Below are positions 26,374 to 37,915 of a stretch of DNA of 64,000 bases, one piece after another. Position numbers and translations under genes: made by a program. The DNA comes from Malacoraja senta (Eukaryota): NCBI GenBank assembly GCA_038087875.1, contig JAXLNO010002548.1, positions 1-64,000 on the forward strand, given 5' to 3'. Numbering within the stretch: position 1 is the first letter of the stretch; every line of letters begins with the position of its first letter. The notes below the pieces were generated by a model. The model was not told the origin of the DNA, made no database searches, and worked only from the letters and a program-made list of their open reading frames with translations.

Positions 26374-27226
26374 CTACAAGGCAGTAAGATGGTTATTTTC
26401 ATCTTCAGTAAAACTTGCACAGTCACCCACCACAAAATATTCTTCAGTCTACTACAACAACCAAGTTACTGTCCACATCTGCCCCATTTTGCCTCTTTCG
26501 GCACCATCAACAAAACACGTGGTTTAAAAGGGATTGTATGCTCCCTGTTAAGACAGTACACAAGAACGTTTGAAAGTATGCACCATTAAATTCAGGAACA
26601 GCTTCTTCCCCACTGTTATTGGACTACTGAATGATTCTCATGTAAGATAAGATGTTGTCCTGATCTTCCAACCAATCTCACTGTGATCCTTGCAACTCTT
26701 TTTGATCTGCACTTTCTCTGTAACTGTAATGCTATGATATTGTAACCCGATATTCTGCACTCTGAGTAGTTTTCTCTTTGCATTGTTCTACTTGTGGATG
26801 GCTTGATTGCACATGTGTAGTATGATCTGATTGGATAACACACAGAAAAAACTTTTGACTATATCACAGTTCACGTGACAATAATAAACTAATACCAACG
26901 GCAAATCTTTTCACTAGGGCATATTATTGACAATAATAAATAATTGACAAGTTACAAAATGAGGGCCAATTGGGGAGGGGACAAGCTTAAAATTGGCCGT
27001 ATTTTCACTCCTCTTCAATAAGAGATAAAAGAGACCAGTCATTTGTTTACATAATCTCTTTTTGCAGAGTGTGGTCATTCTCTGGCGCCAGAGATTTGTG
27101 AAGACAAAATCATTGGAAGTATTTAATATGGCGGTAGTTAAACTTTTGAAAGATTGGAGAATTGAGTGCAATGAGGAACTGGCACCGAACCGGAGTTGAT
27201 GCCTGAGGAACGTCAGCCATGGTCAT

Positions 27227-27770
27227 TGTGAGATACAAAAATCACAAACGCTTTTAGAGACAAAGTCAGCAAAGAAGCTTTTAATTCAAAATCATATTCT
27301 GCAGAATAGGTGCCTCTCCTCTGATGTCCCCTGGAGGCACACCGAGGATCGGGATGACTTCTATCTTTATACATTTAATGGGTATCATTGTCACACCCTC
27401 ATCCCTCCCCATTGTGCTTCTTCCAATCATAACATAAAGCCCACATTCCCACGAGAACGTCCTGGAACGTCCACCCGACGTCAAAGACACCTCCCATATC
27501 ATGCATCGCATGTGCATTTAAATGAGACATCTTGTCATAGTGGGTGTGTGTACATATTCATGTAAGTTCATTGCCCATGCGCACAGAGTGTTTCTTCTGA
27601 CCTTTACCCTAGTTCTATCCTGGACGGTCTCCTTATCTTCTCTGTTCTCATCCTTGAAAAAGTCACCATCTGTACTTGTCCTTCACTCCCCCTATCCTCC
27701 CTACTATACTCCCTACTATACAAAGGGTTCTTGTCTAAATCAACTTATACCTATTAACCCCTTTCTCACA
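27227..27770 (-). repeat. 3' LTR (U3 type B)
   Basis: Inverted termini; degenerate PPT at 27771-27785; R/U5 homologous to the 3072-3627 LTR. Confidence 0.9.
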
Positions 27771-27819
27771 ATCCACACTTTTACTATTGTTACTGCAATC
27801 TTTGATTTAGACTATCTGC

Positions 27820-28720
27820 CCCTTCTCTAATGCTAGCAGCAGAATCTTCGCCTCTCTCTATCTTCCTCTCATTCGATAGACAGGGAGGTGAGACCTGCTA
27901 GGGCTCTCGATACTGACCCATCAGGAGCAATGTTGTTGGGGATGAAGGTGCAACATTGTTCCCCAAACATTACACACACCCCTCCCTTCTCAGCCAGTAG
28001 CATGTCTAAGGCCATGCGATTTTGCCAGGCCATTAGGCTGGTATCTGTCAGTTGTTCCGCTAATCCTTCAACCGCATCTCGAGTGTAATTTATAAAGCGT
28101 TGTTGATTGTAGTATAGGTAGTTGATCCAGTCCACATTTTTATTAAGTGTGGACCACCAGAAGAGTATGGACTCAAAGCCCGCAGCTATCTGGTTTCTGG
28201 CTTTGAATTCATCGGGTACCCCTCTTGGCACCCCTATCGCATCTATATATATGTGTGTGTCGAAGGGTCTGTCCTTCGGCCCTTTGTATTGTTGTTGCTA
28301 GCCGGGAGTAGGTAATGATAACTCTGGCAGGTCGCATCCTTTGGTAGGATGGGATTCGTGAATAGCTGTAGTATACATGACATAGCCCCAGGTGTCCTAT
28401 CCCAATTCAAGGGAAATGGTTCTGGAACCAGCTGAGGCTTAGCTCCGGCACAGGCGTAGCAATTGGTGTGTTGCATACTCCTGGCCGTGTACATCATCCA
28501 GGCAAGCCAGGTGTTGGCTCCCTTCCCTCCTGTAGGTATTCCCTCCTCATATAATTGCCTTAATTCTGTTTCTCCTGCTACTATCATTATCTTCAAATCC
28601 TTAGGCTCATTCTCCCTGTTCTATCTGCACATCCTTCCACTTTCCTGCATTTGAACACTCTGTATGCTTACATAGTTGGGTAACCACCCAACACACGACC
28701 CACCAACACGAAATCTTCAT
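27820..28720 (-). pseudogene. env: Family A env with multiple internal deletions
   Basis: Retains the signal peptide, the SU CYAC block and the TM ectodomain with ISD and CX6CC. Lacks most of the Ig-like domain, the furin site and the membrane anchor present in the 1135-3035 copy. Confidence 0.88.
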
Positions 28721-29105
28721 TTTTCCCGCGGGTTCTTGTTAAATATTAAAGTCAATGGTTCCTCTCCTTTGCGCACAGTCCACGGGCTGATATTGTTTGG
28801 TGGGGCCTCCACAGGACCCTTAAATCGGCTTGCGTGTGTCCACCCTTTTTCTTTTGTTCGTACTGCTGTCTCGGTGATTAGTAACACCAGGTAGGGTCCA
28901 GTCCACTTAGGTTGCAGCTTTTCTTCCTTCCATGATGTTACAAGATCCCAGTCCCTCGCTTTCACAGAATGGATTGGAAAGTCGAGATGGGGACTCTGTG
29001 CCAGCAGCCCCTTGGTTCTTAATTCTGTAAGAGAACGAGATACTGCCAGTAAATAGTTCCTTAGGAATACATCATTCCCTTGTATTTGTTGGGACCCCTT
29101 CTATC
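28717..29105 (-). pseudogene. pol: Family A integrase C-terminal fragment
   Basis: KEEKLQPKWTGPYLVLLITETAVRTKEKGWTHASRFK, as at 830-1134. Confidence 0.85.
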
Positions 29106-30067
29106 GTTCCTAAATAATAAAGACCTAACTTGTTCAACCTTTCTCTGTGTCTTAGTTGCTGAAACCCAGTCAACATTCTAATTGATCTCCTCTGTACTCT
29201 CTCTATTTTGTTGACATCCTTCCTATAATTATGCCTACCAAAATTATACACCATACTCCACAATTGACCTCACCAATACCTTGTACAATTTAACATTACA
29301 ACCCAACTTCTATACACAATGCTCTGATTTATAAAGGCCAACACACCAAAATCTTTCTTTACCATCCTATCTTCATGAAATTCCACCTTCAGGGAACCAT
29401 GCACAGTTATTCCTAGATCCCTCTATTCAACTTCATTCCTCAATTCACAATCATTTACCATGTACATTCAATTTTGATTTGTCCTGCCAAGATGTATCAC
29501 CTCACACTTATCAACATTAAACCTATCTGTCATGTTTCAACCCATTCTTCCAAATGACCTAAATCTCTCTGTACACTTTTTAAAATCTACTTCATTATTC
29601 ACAACACCACCTATCTTATTATCATCTACATACTTATTAATCTATTTTACCACACCAACATCCAGATTATTGATTCACATGACAAACAACAGTGGACCCA
29701 ACACACATCCCCGAGGTACCCCTCTAGTCACTGACCTCCAACCTGACAAACATCCATCCACCATTGCTCTCTGACATCTCCCATACAGCCACTTTTTAAT
29801 CCATCTTGCTATTCCTTACTAACCCTTCTTAACCAACCTTATTTCCTTATTGAACCTTGTCAAAGGTCTTACTGAAGTTCATCTAGACAACATCCATCAC
29901 TTTACCCTCATCAATTTCCCTAATAACCTTTTCAAAAAATTCAAGATTAGTCAAACATCACAATCACAAATCCATGCTAATTCTTCCTAATCCTACCCTA
30001 TTTATCCAAATTCTTATATTGTCTTAAGTATGCTTTCCATTATTTTGCCCACCACTGATGTCAAACA
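29105..30067 (-). mobile_element. Tail-less CR1 RT fragment inside the provirus
   Basis: Homologous to 40580-41560 (SLTSVVGK through IERVQRR..); lacks the CR1 3' tail. Confidence 0.85.
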
Positions 30068-31950
30068 ACGTTCTTGTTCAAACTCTACTCTTTTCTCACA
30101 TCTCTTGTCCTCCTGTTCACTTACCTCAGGGCTATTATCTATTCGTACCTGCGGGACAGCCCTCAGGTATTATTGAAATGGTACCAGGTATATCAACCTT
30201 CTACCTGAACATCGGTCGGTAGTTTAGAAAACTCATACATACACCTTGTCTTCAGGTTTAAAGGGTCCTTCCTCCTGGTCCACCTCCAACAGCTTTTACT
30301 TTTCCTGTTCATAAATAGACTTGTATATCATAATTAACTGTTTCATATACTTTTTAAATTCTATCTTTAACTGTTCCAAACTCGGTCTCTTGTAGGGACC
30401 TCTCCATTGTGCCACCTGCTCGGTTAGTTTGCATGCAACATCTCTTCAGTGCCAATGGCAGGTCATCGATCCCATTCAACTTTGTAATTAAACAAATCTT
30501 ATTTATATTAACCTTCAATGTTCCATTTATTCTTTCCACCATGCCTGTGACTGCAGGTGTTACATACCCAAATGTGTATTTTACTCTAAGGGTCTCTATC
30601 GCCAACTTAGCTACTCCCTAAATGAAAACAATCCGTTGTCAAAGCTGATTTCTGTACGTCTACCAAACCTCTTAATTACCTTATTCATCATAAACGACAC
30701 TACAGGGCTTATACCTAATCTAGTCTGAACTATATCCTGCCTTTTCCCGAGGTTATCATACTCTGTCCTACATTCTGAAGTATTTTTTTTAATTCTCTCT
30801 CTCTCTCTCTTACATCGCTTGTTACTTATGGAACAATACCAACAAATCCTCCTTTAAATCCCTTTCTCTCTTGGGGACCCCAGTCCTGTTAGGGCTTATA
30901 TCCAGATTAATTTCACTCCTGATAGGACTTTTTGAGGAAACGTACCCCAAAGACATTCATTATTGGCATGTAATTCTCTGGCCCTGCTTGGTTCCGTCAT
31001 AGGACTCACTTAGGTCCATTGTTTATTGACAACACCTCCTCCTGCTGGTTTGCAAATCTTTTTCCTATCTTTGCGATATTTCTCGACCGCAGAGACCAAC
31101 TGTTCGCTGAATCTGCTTGACTTTAAGAAGAATGACATCCACCACAGTAGTTCATAATATAATGTTCATCAATCAACTCTCCACCTTTTCAGCTGGTTTT
31201 CCAGATAGGCTATTTGCCTTTCCTTCTGTATCTCCCCTTGTTCCTTGGGGTTCCTCTTAAGTGGGTAACATTGTCTGAGGGTCTGCCATACCCTCTGCCT
31301 GACTGTGTCAAACAGTATGCCATTGCTTGTTACATTGTTCGCATCAGTTTATACCATCCATCTTCAGTAGTTCTGTCACTTTAGTGGTTCCTATCACTTT
31401 TACCAACAGTGCCTTCAAATCTTCCATGATCAATAATCGTCCCACGTTCTCCTCCTCCAAAGCCCTAATCCATTTCCTCCCCCATCAGGGATATAGGGTG
31501 AGGTATTTTTTAGCCCTTTCAGTTTATGGGTGCCCCAAGTGATAATCCGTGTCTGTCCTTCTCTTTTCTCTTTAAAACAGTCTCATCACTTTATCCCAAT
31601 GCTTCCAACTTTAATCCTTTCTGGTATGCCTTCTTTCTAATTCTAAACTCAATTTCTTGCTTCTCAAATATTCTAGCCTCCTTGCAAAAATCTTCCACTG
31701 ACTCCTCCTGCTTTATTGCTTTCACGCCTGTCGTTTTTCTACTTCTGTTATCTTCTAACTGCCTCTCTCTCCTTTCTTTCTAAACTTGAATGTTTACCAA
31801 TTAACTTATTTCCAATTATTTCAATCCATATTCACCACTATTTTAAATGTCCAATTCCTAGCACTAGTAACAATTTTCCAAATTATCTTTACTGACTAGA
31901 AATCTAAAAGAACATCAGAAAAACCAAAAGCTGGTTTCACAACTTCCCCT
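30068..31950 (-). pseudogene. pol: Decayed gag, RT and integrase remnants, including a second, different IN C-terminus
   Basis: GMVERINGTLK..KIC..TKLN..LPLAL (30354-30605); ..FDNG (~30640); PTDVQVEG*YTWYHFN (~30165-30215); charged gag-like stretch at 31500-31800. Confidence 0.65.
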
Positions 31951-32811
31951 TCTTACAAGGATACAAACATTAATCGTTATCTTACAGCTGTTCGGCGCCT
32001 TTCACCATGCCCTGATTTATTTAAAGGAACATACACCTACCTACAGTGAACATTTTTGATTTTAATAAAACGTACTTACTTACTCTTACAATGTGGTCTA
32101 CAAATACAATAAACAAAATAATTATCACATATATAAACTTCCTCTTTCATTCCAAACCAGTTTTTACACACAAATCACATTCGTTCCATTCTTACTTCAA
32201 ATAAATGCAACATCTTTTACATGTATTAAAACTCAAAATAACAGAATCAAATCATTTTTGTCTTCTCCAATTCCCTGGGTATTTCTCTGCCCTCAGAGGC
32301 TCAATCATTTTGTCCTCCAATTCCCTGGGTATTTCCCTGCCCCCAGAGGCTCAGCATTCGCCCCAACGGACTATCAGGCAGAATGCTGGTGTCGGGCTTA
32401 CCGCCCTTCCCCTCCCTGGTGGGCTTTCCGTTCTCATGGCCCATCCTCCCGATCGGAATTTCCCCCCCGATCTATTTTCCCGCCATTTTCCTGCCTTGCC
32501 CGTACAGACCCCTGAATTCTTCAGGGCGGTATCCACAAGGTCTTATCCCAATCGCCCGAGTAGTACTTAATAGTCAGTTTTCTTACCCGGGTCCTGTACA
32601 CAAGAATCACTCGATTTGGCTCCTTCGCGAATTTCCCCCGATCTTCCTCCCGATCGGATTTCCAACTACTCCCACTTCTTTGCTGAGTCTCTGTTCAGGG
32701 ATACCACTCGCCCAAACCGCTGACGGCAATCTAGGGGTCTGGGACCGTTAAAATCAACGGGGTGCACCGTCCCTTCTTCTGTATACCGTCGTCAGCCAGC
32801 AAGAGTGGGGG

Positions 32812-32829
32812 TCCCGAGACGAGCCCCCA
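32812..32829 (-). promoter_or_regulatory. Primer-binding site, tRNA-Pro type
   Basis: Minus strand TGGGGGCTCGTCTCGGGA versus canonical TGGGGGCTCGTCCGGGAT, adjacent to the 5' LTR. Confidence 0.85.
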
Positions 32830-32834
32830 AAAAT

Positions 32835-33362
32835 TGTGAGATTCAAAATCACAAACGCTTTTAGAGACAAAGTCGGCAAAGAAGCTTTTTATTCAAATCA
32901 TATTCTGTAGAATAGGTGCCTCTCCTCTGATGTCCCCTAGAGGCACACCGAGGATCGGGATGTCTTCTATCTTTATACATTTCATGGGTATCATTGTCAC
33001 ACCCTCATCCCTCCCCATTGTGCTTCTTCCAATCATAACATAAAGCCCACATTCCCACGAGAACGTCCTGGAACGTCCACCCGACGTCAAAGACACCTCC
33101 CATATCATGCATCGCATGTGCATTTAAATGAGACATCTTGTCATAGTGGGTGTGTGTACATATTCATGTAAGTTCATTGCCCATGCGCACAGAGTGTTTC
33201 TCCTGACCCTTACCCCTGTTCTTGGCTGGGCTGTTGCTATCTTCTCTGTTCTCATCCTTGAAAAAGTCACCATCTGTACTCGTCCTTCACTCCCCCTATC
33301 CTCCCTACTATACAAAGGGTTCTTGTCTAAATCAACTTATACCTATTAACCCCTTTCTCACA
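32835..33362 (-). repeat. 5' LTR (U3 type B)
   Basis: Homologous to 27227-27770, with substitutions, a 12-bp indel and one divergent patch. Confidence 0.9.
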
Positions 33363-33440
33363 GCTGATCATCCAACTCAGTATCCTGTACCTGCCTTCTC
33401 TCCGTACCCCCTGATCCCTTCTGTGGCAGAGAGTTCCATC

Positions 33441-33687
33441 GGCCATCTTTATGAGGGGTTGATGGCGGCCATCGTGGTGAGGTCAGCGCCACTGATTGGT
33501 CGGATGTCGGTGGCCATCTTGGTGAGGGCAGGTGAGATCGCCACCGCTGATTGGTCGGATGCCGGCGGCCATCTTTGTGAGGGGTTGATGGCGGCCATCC
33601 TGGTGAGGGCATGTGAGGTCGGCGCCGATGATTGGTCGGATGCCGGCGGCCATCTTGTTAAGGTCCCGCCGTTCAAGACGCCATCTT
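33441..33687. repeat. CpG-rich degenerate tandem repeat of CCAAT and YY1-like motifs
   Basis: ATTGG at 33495, 33550 and 33631, each followed 18 bp later by GCCATCTT; further GCCATCTT and GATGGCGGCCATC copies. Confidence 0.75.
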
Positions 33688-33834
33688 GAGAAGGTACCAA
33701 AGGCCCACACACTTGTGTCCATTGTCCCCTCTAAACCTGTCTTGTCCACTCACCTGTCCAAGGGTCTTAGTTTACAACTCTTCACCCACCAGTGCTCATT
33801 TGACTTACTTTGGCTGGGAAAGTACATCTGGGAC

Positions 33835-34592
33835 CCGTAAACACTCAGCATAGGAGCACCGCAAGGCTGCGTACTTTCTCCTCTCCTCTACGCTCTCTAC
33901 ACCAACGACTTCACCTCTGTCAGTCAAGCTTCTCAAGTTTGCGGACAACACAACCCTGATTGGACTGATCCAGGATGGGGAGGAATCGGCCTACAGACAT
34001 CAAGTGTCACAGCTGGCGTCCTGGTGCCGTAGCAACAACCTGGAGCTCAATTCTCTTAAGACAGTGGAATTGATTGTAGACTTTAGGAGAGCTCCCCCTC
34101 CCCTCACCCCACTCACCATCAACAACACCACAGTCACATCTGTGGAATCTTTTAAGTTCCTGGGAACCATCATCTCCAAGGACCATAAGTGGGGGGCTAC
34201 CATGGACTCCACAGTCAAACAGGCACAACAGATGATGTACTTCCTGCGGCAGCTGAGGAAACACAATCTGCCACAGGCAATGATGGTCCAATTCTACACG
34301 ACCATCGTAGAGTCTGTTCTCGCCATCCCCATCATGGTCTGGTTTGGCTCAGTCACCAAGCACGACACCTGGAGGCTGCAGCGAATCGTCCGATCAGCAG
34401 AGAAGGTTATTGGCTGCAACCTTCCCTCCATTGATGAACTGTACACTGCAAGGGCCAGGAAGCGAGCGGGTAAGATCATCTCTGACCCCTCTCACCCTGG
34501 CCACAAACTATTTAAATCACTACCCTCTGGAAGGCGTCTCCGGACTGTCACAGCAGTTTTTTATTCACGAGTAGTTGCTCTACTCAACAACC
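33835..34592 (+). mobile_element. Rex1/Babar-like LINE RT 3' fragment
   Basis: KFADNTTLIGLIQDGEESAYRHQVSQLASWCRSNNLELNSLKTVELIVDFRR..AQQMMYFLRQL..LPSGRRLR. Confidence 0.85.
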
Positions 34593-34741
34593 AAAATTGT
34601 TGTAATTGTTATATGGTTATATGGTTATAACAGCGGCGCCTAGCATTTATATATGCCTGAAGTAATTGAACTCCGCAATTGAATCTACAATGTTGGACAC
34701 GTTCTTCTTCCTAACTTGTCTAATCTGATGTGCAACTATTT

Positions 34742-35038
34742 GGGCGGCACGGTGGCGCAGCGATGGAGTTGCTGCCTTACAGCGCCAGAGACCCTGGGTC
34801 AATCCTGACCGGGGATGCTGCCTGTACTTTCTTCCTGTGACAGCGTGGGTTTTCTCCGGGTGCTCCGGTTTCCTCCCACACGCCACAGACCTGCAGGTTT
34901 TCAAGGTTAATTGGCTTTGGAAAATTTGTAAATTGTCCCTAGTGCGCAGGGTAGTGCTAGCGTACGGGGTGATCGCTGGTCGGTGTGGTCTCGGTGGGCC
35001 GAAAGGCCAGTTTCCACTCTATATCGCTAAAGTTTAAA
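34742..35038 (+). mobile_element. HE1-like SINE, full length
   Basis: GGCGGCACGGTGGCGCAGCG head, B-box, core and tail. Confidence 0.85.
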
Positions 35039-35585
35039 TCAGCTTGTCTTAACTCATCTCATTCCCTTCCCCACCAAACCCTTTGTTAAACATAAAGATT
35101 GATCAACTGAGGTTTAAAACATAGAACAGTACAACACAGGAACCGCCCCTTCGGCCTACAATGCCTGTGCTAAACGTGACACCACTGCCAACTCTTATCT
35201 GTCTGCACATTATCATTATCCCTCCATTCCCTGCCTATCCAAAAACCTGTTAAATGCCACTGTTGTATCTGCCTCCACCACCCCTGGCAACACACTCAAG
35301 ATGCACTCTAACCTCTTATAACTTGCTCCACACATCTTTAAACTTTGCCCCACTCTCGTTAAAGCTATGCCCTCTAGTATTCCATCTCTGTCCTGGAGAA
35401 AAGGGGCGGGCACGGTGGCGCAGCGGTAGAGTTCTTTGCTTACACTGCTTGCAGTGCCAGAGACCCGGGTTCGATCCTGACTACGGGTGCTGTCAGTACA
35501 GATTTGTACATTTTCCCCTTGACCTGCGTGGGTTTTTTTTCCGAGATCTTCAGTTTTCTCCCACAATCCAAAGACATGTAGGTTT

Positions 35586-37352
35586 CAGATTCAGAATCAA
35601 TCTTTATTGTCATTGTGCAGTGTAGAGTACAGAGACAGCGAAATGCAGTTAGCATCTCACCCAGAAGAGTGAACATAGAATAATGGAACAACAGAGATGT
35701 TGACCCCCAGAAACCTGAAGCTGGACCTCCGTCCCGTTAATGTGGATGGGGGTGTGCGTGCCGCCCCTAGACCTTCTGTAGTCCACAATGAGCTCCTTGG
35801 TCTTCTTGTAGTTACAGGCCAGGTTGTTGTCAGCGCACCATGCTGCTAGGAGCTGGACCTCCTCCCTATAGGCCGACTCATCGTTGTTGCTGATGAGGCA
35901 ATCACTGTTGTATCATCTGCATACTTGATGATGGTGTTAGTACCATGTACAGGTGTGCAGTCATAAGTGAAGAGGGAGTAGGATGGTGCAAATCCCACAA
36001 CCTCATTCTCAACGTGGGAAAAACTAAGGAGATGGTGGTTGACTTCAGGAGGGCGGGAAAACAACACCATACACCTCTGCACATCGATGGAGCTGATGTG
36101 GAAAGGGTCAACAGCGTGAAGTTTCTAGGACTCCACCTGTCAGATGACCTGACGTCCACGACCAACACCACAGCACTGGTCAAGAGAGCCCAGCAGCGAC
36201 TACACCCTCTCCGAAGACTACGTAAAGCAGGTCTCCCCACTACACACCTACGAACTTTTTATAGGAGGACAATCGAGAGCACATTAACCTCCGGCATCAC
36301 TTCCTGGTTCGGGAGCTGCAAGGCGTACGAACGGCACCAACTAGACAGGATTGTGAAGACCGCCAGCAGGATTATTGGTGCTCCACTCCCTTTCCTGCTG
36401 GACATATACAGGAAGAGATGTATCAGCAGAGCCATCTCCATCATCAAAGACCCCTACCACCCATCGCATCACATATTCTCCATCCTGCCATCTGGGAAGA
36501 GGTACCGGAGCATTAGGTGCAAAACCAGCAGGATGCTCCTCAGCTTCTTCCCGCAGGTTATAAGACTGATAAACGGACTTTGTCCCCTGCCAAAGTATCG
36601 TGCACCAACCACGAACCTGGACACACTGCAGCAGAGCCACTGTCATGCCGCTGCCGATCGGAACGCCTGTTGATGTTTAGTAGAGTACAGTGTTAATTTG
36701 TTCATGATATATGTATTTTTACTTCTATTTATTTTTCACTGCACACTGAAATGAACACTGGTTGATGAACGTTTTTTTGTTTCCTCTGGGTATGCGAATA
36801 CTCAGGAAAGGACAATAAAGATATACAATACAATAGTAGAGGAGGGGGCTCAGCACACAGCCCTGTGGAACGCCGGTGTTCAGGGTGAGGGTTGAAGAGG
36901 TGTGGTTATCTGACCTAACAGACTGGGGTCTGTTGGTTAGAAAGTCCAGTATCCAGTTGCAGAGAGAGGGGTCGATGCCCAGGTCGCTGAGTTTGGTCAT
37001 CAGTTTTGAGGGGATAATTATGTTAAATGCTGAGATGAACAGCATTCTCACGTAGGTGTCTCTGTTGTCGAGGTGGGAGAGGGCGGAGTGAAGTGCCGTT
37101 GAGATGGCATCCTCCGTACACCTGTTCTTGCGGTAGGCGAACTGATAGGGATCCAGTGTGGGAGGTAGGCAGCCTTTGAGGTGTGCCAGGACCAGCCTCT
37201 CGAAGCACTTAGTGATGATGGGAGTAAGTGCAACTGGGCAGAAGTCGTTGAGGCTCGCCGCAGTGGAGTGTTTTGGCACCGGCACGAGGGAGGTGGTTTT
37301 AAGGCACGTGGGGACAACTGCTTGGGCATGTGACAGGTTGAAAATGTCAGTC
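35586..37352 (-). mobile_element. Rex1/Babar-like LINE fragment (minus), interrupted
   Basis: [35 protein letters not shown]|SLFTYDC..KYADDTT; 3' tail at 35586-35690. Confidence 0.85.
35982..36834 (+). mobile_element. 5'-truncated Rex1/Babar-like LINE nested antisense in the previous element
   Basis: WCKSHNLILNVGKTKEMVVDFRR..; AATAAA plus (TACAA)n tail; 5-bp TSD AGTAG (35977-35981 and 36835-36839). Confidence 0.85.
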
Positions 37353-37629
37353 TAGAGAGTAGGTTAATTTGGTATAAATGTAAATTGTCCCTAGTGTGCG
37401 TGGGGTAGTTTAATGCACGGGTATCGCTGGTTGACGTGGACGCGGTGGGCTGAAGGGCCTGATTCTGTGCTGTATCTCTAAACTAAACTAAAAAAGTTCT
37501 GACTGTCTGATTAAAGATATGAACACATGGGCTCACTGGTCTGCGGGCTATAGAAAGAATCTTGTACTTTGCTGACTTTCACAAGCAATGTTAAACTGAG
37601 ACCAACGAAGTAACGGCAATAGTTTGTTT

Positions 37630-37915
37630 TAGAGAGATGGCGTGAAAACAGGCCCTTCCTCCCACCGAGCCCACGCCAACCAACGATCACCTGTACACTA
37701 GTCCTATATCCTTCACACTAGGGGCAATTTACAGACGTCAATTAACCTACACACTGGCACATCTCTAGAATGTGGGAGGAAACCAGAGCACCGGAAGGAA
37801 TCCCACGTGGGTCACAGGGAGAACGTACAAACTACACGCACACGTAGACAGGATCGAACCCGGGTCTCTGGCACCGTAAGGCAGCAACTCTTAGTCTATC
37901 GCTGCGTCACCATGC
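37630..37915 (-). mobile_element. HE1-like SINE
   Basis: Reverse complement of the SINE head, core and tail. Confidence 0.75.

Larger units (their letters stand above)
27227..33362 (-). mobile_element. Defective mosaic ERV provirus (family A env, U3 type B LTRs)
   Basis: LTRs at 27227-27770 and 32835-33362 (TGTGAG..CTCACA), PBS-Pro, leader, gag/RT/IN remnants and a deleted env. Confidence 0.92.
35403..37493 (+). mobile_element. HE1-like SINE split by Rex insertions (5' half 35403-35585, 3' half ~37353-37493)
   Basis: The two halves join into one continuous SINE when the intervening LINE sequence is removed. Confidence 0.75.

Noticed and set aside
27211-27226. Left provirus flank CAGCCATGGTCAT resembles the CR1 tail motif adjoining the right LTR, in inverted orientation
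   Set aside because: Only ~13 bp with a mismatch; insufficient to claim target preference or a micro-inversion.
33441-33687. CRISPR-like or other prokaryotic repeat-spacer array
   Set aside because: Units are degenerate tandem repeats without unique spacers, in vertebrate DNA with no cas genes.
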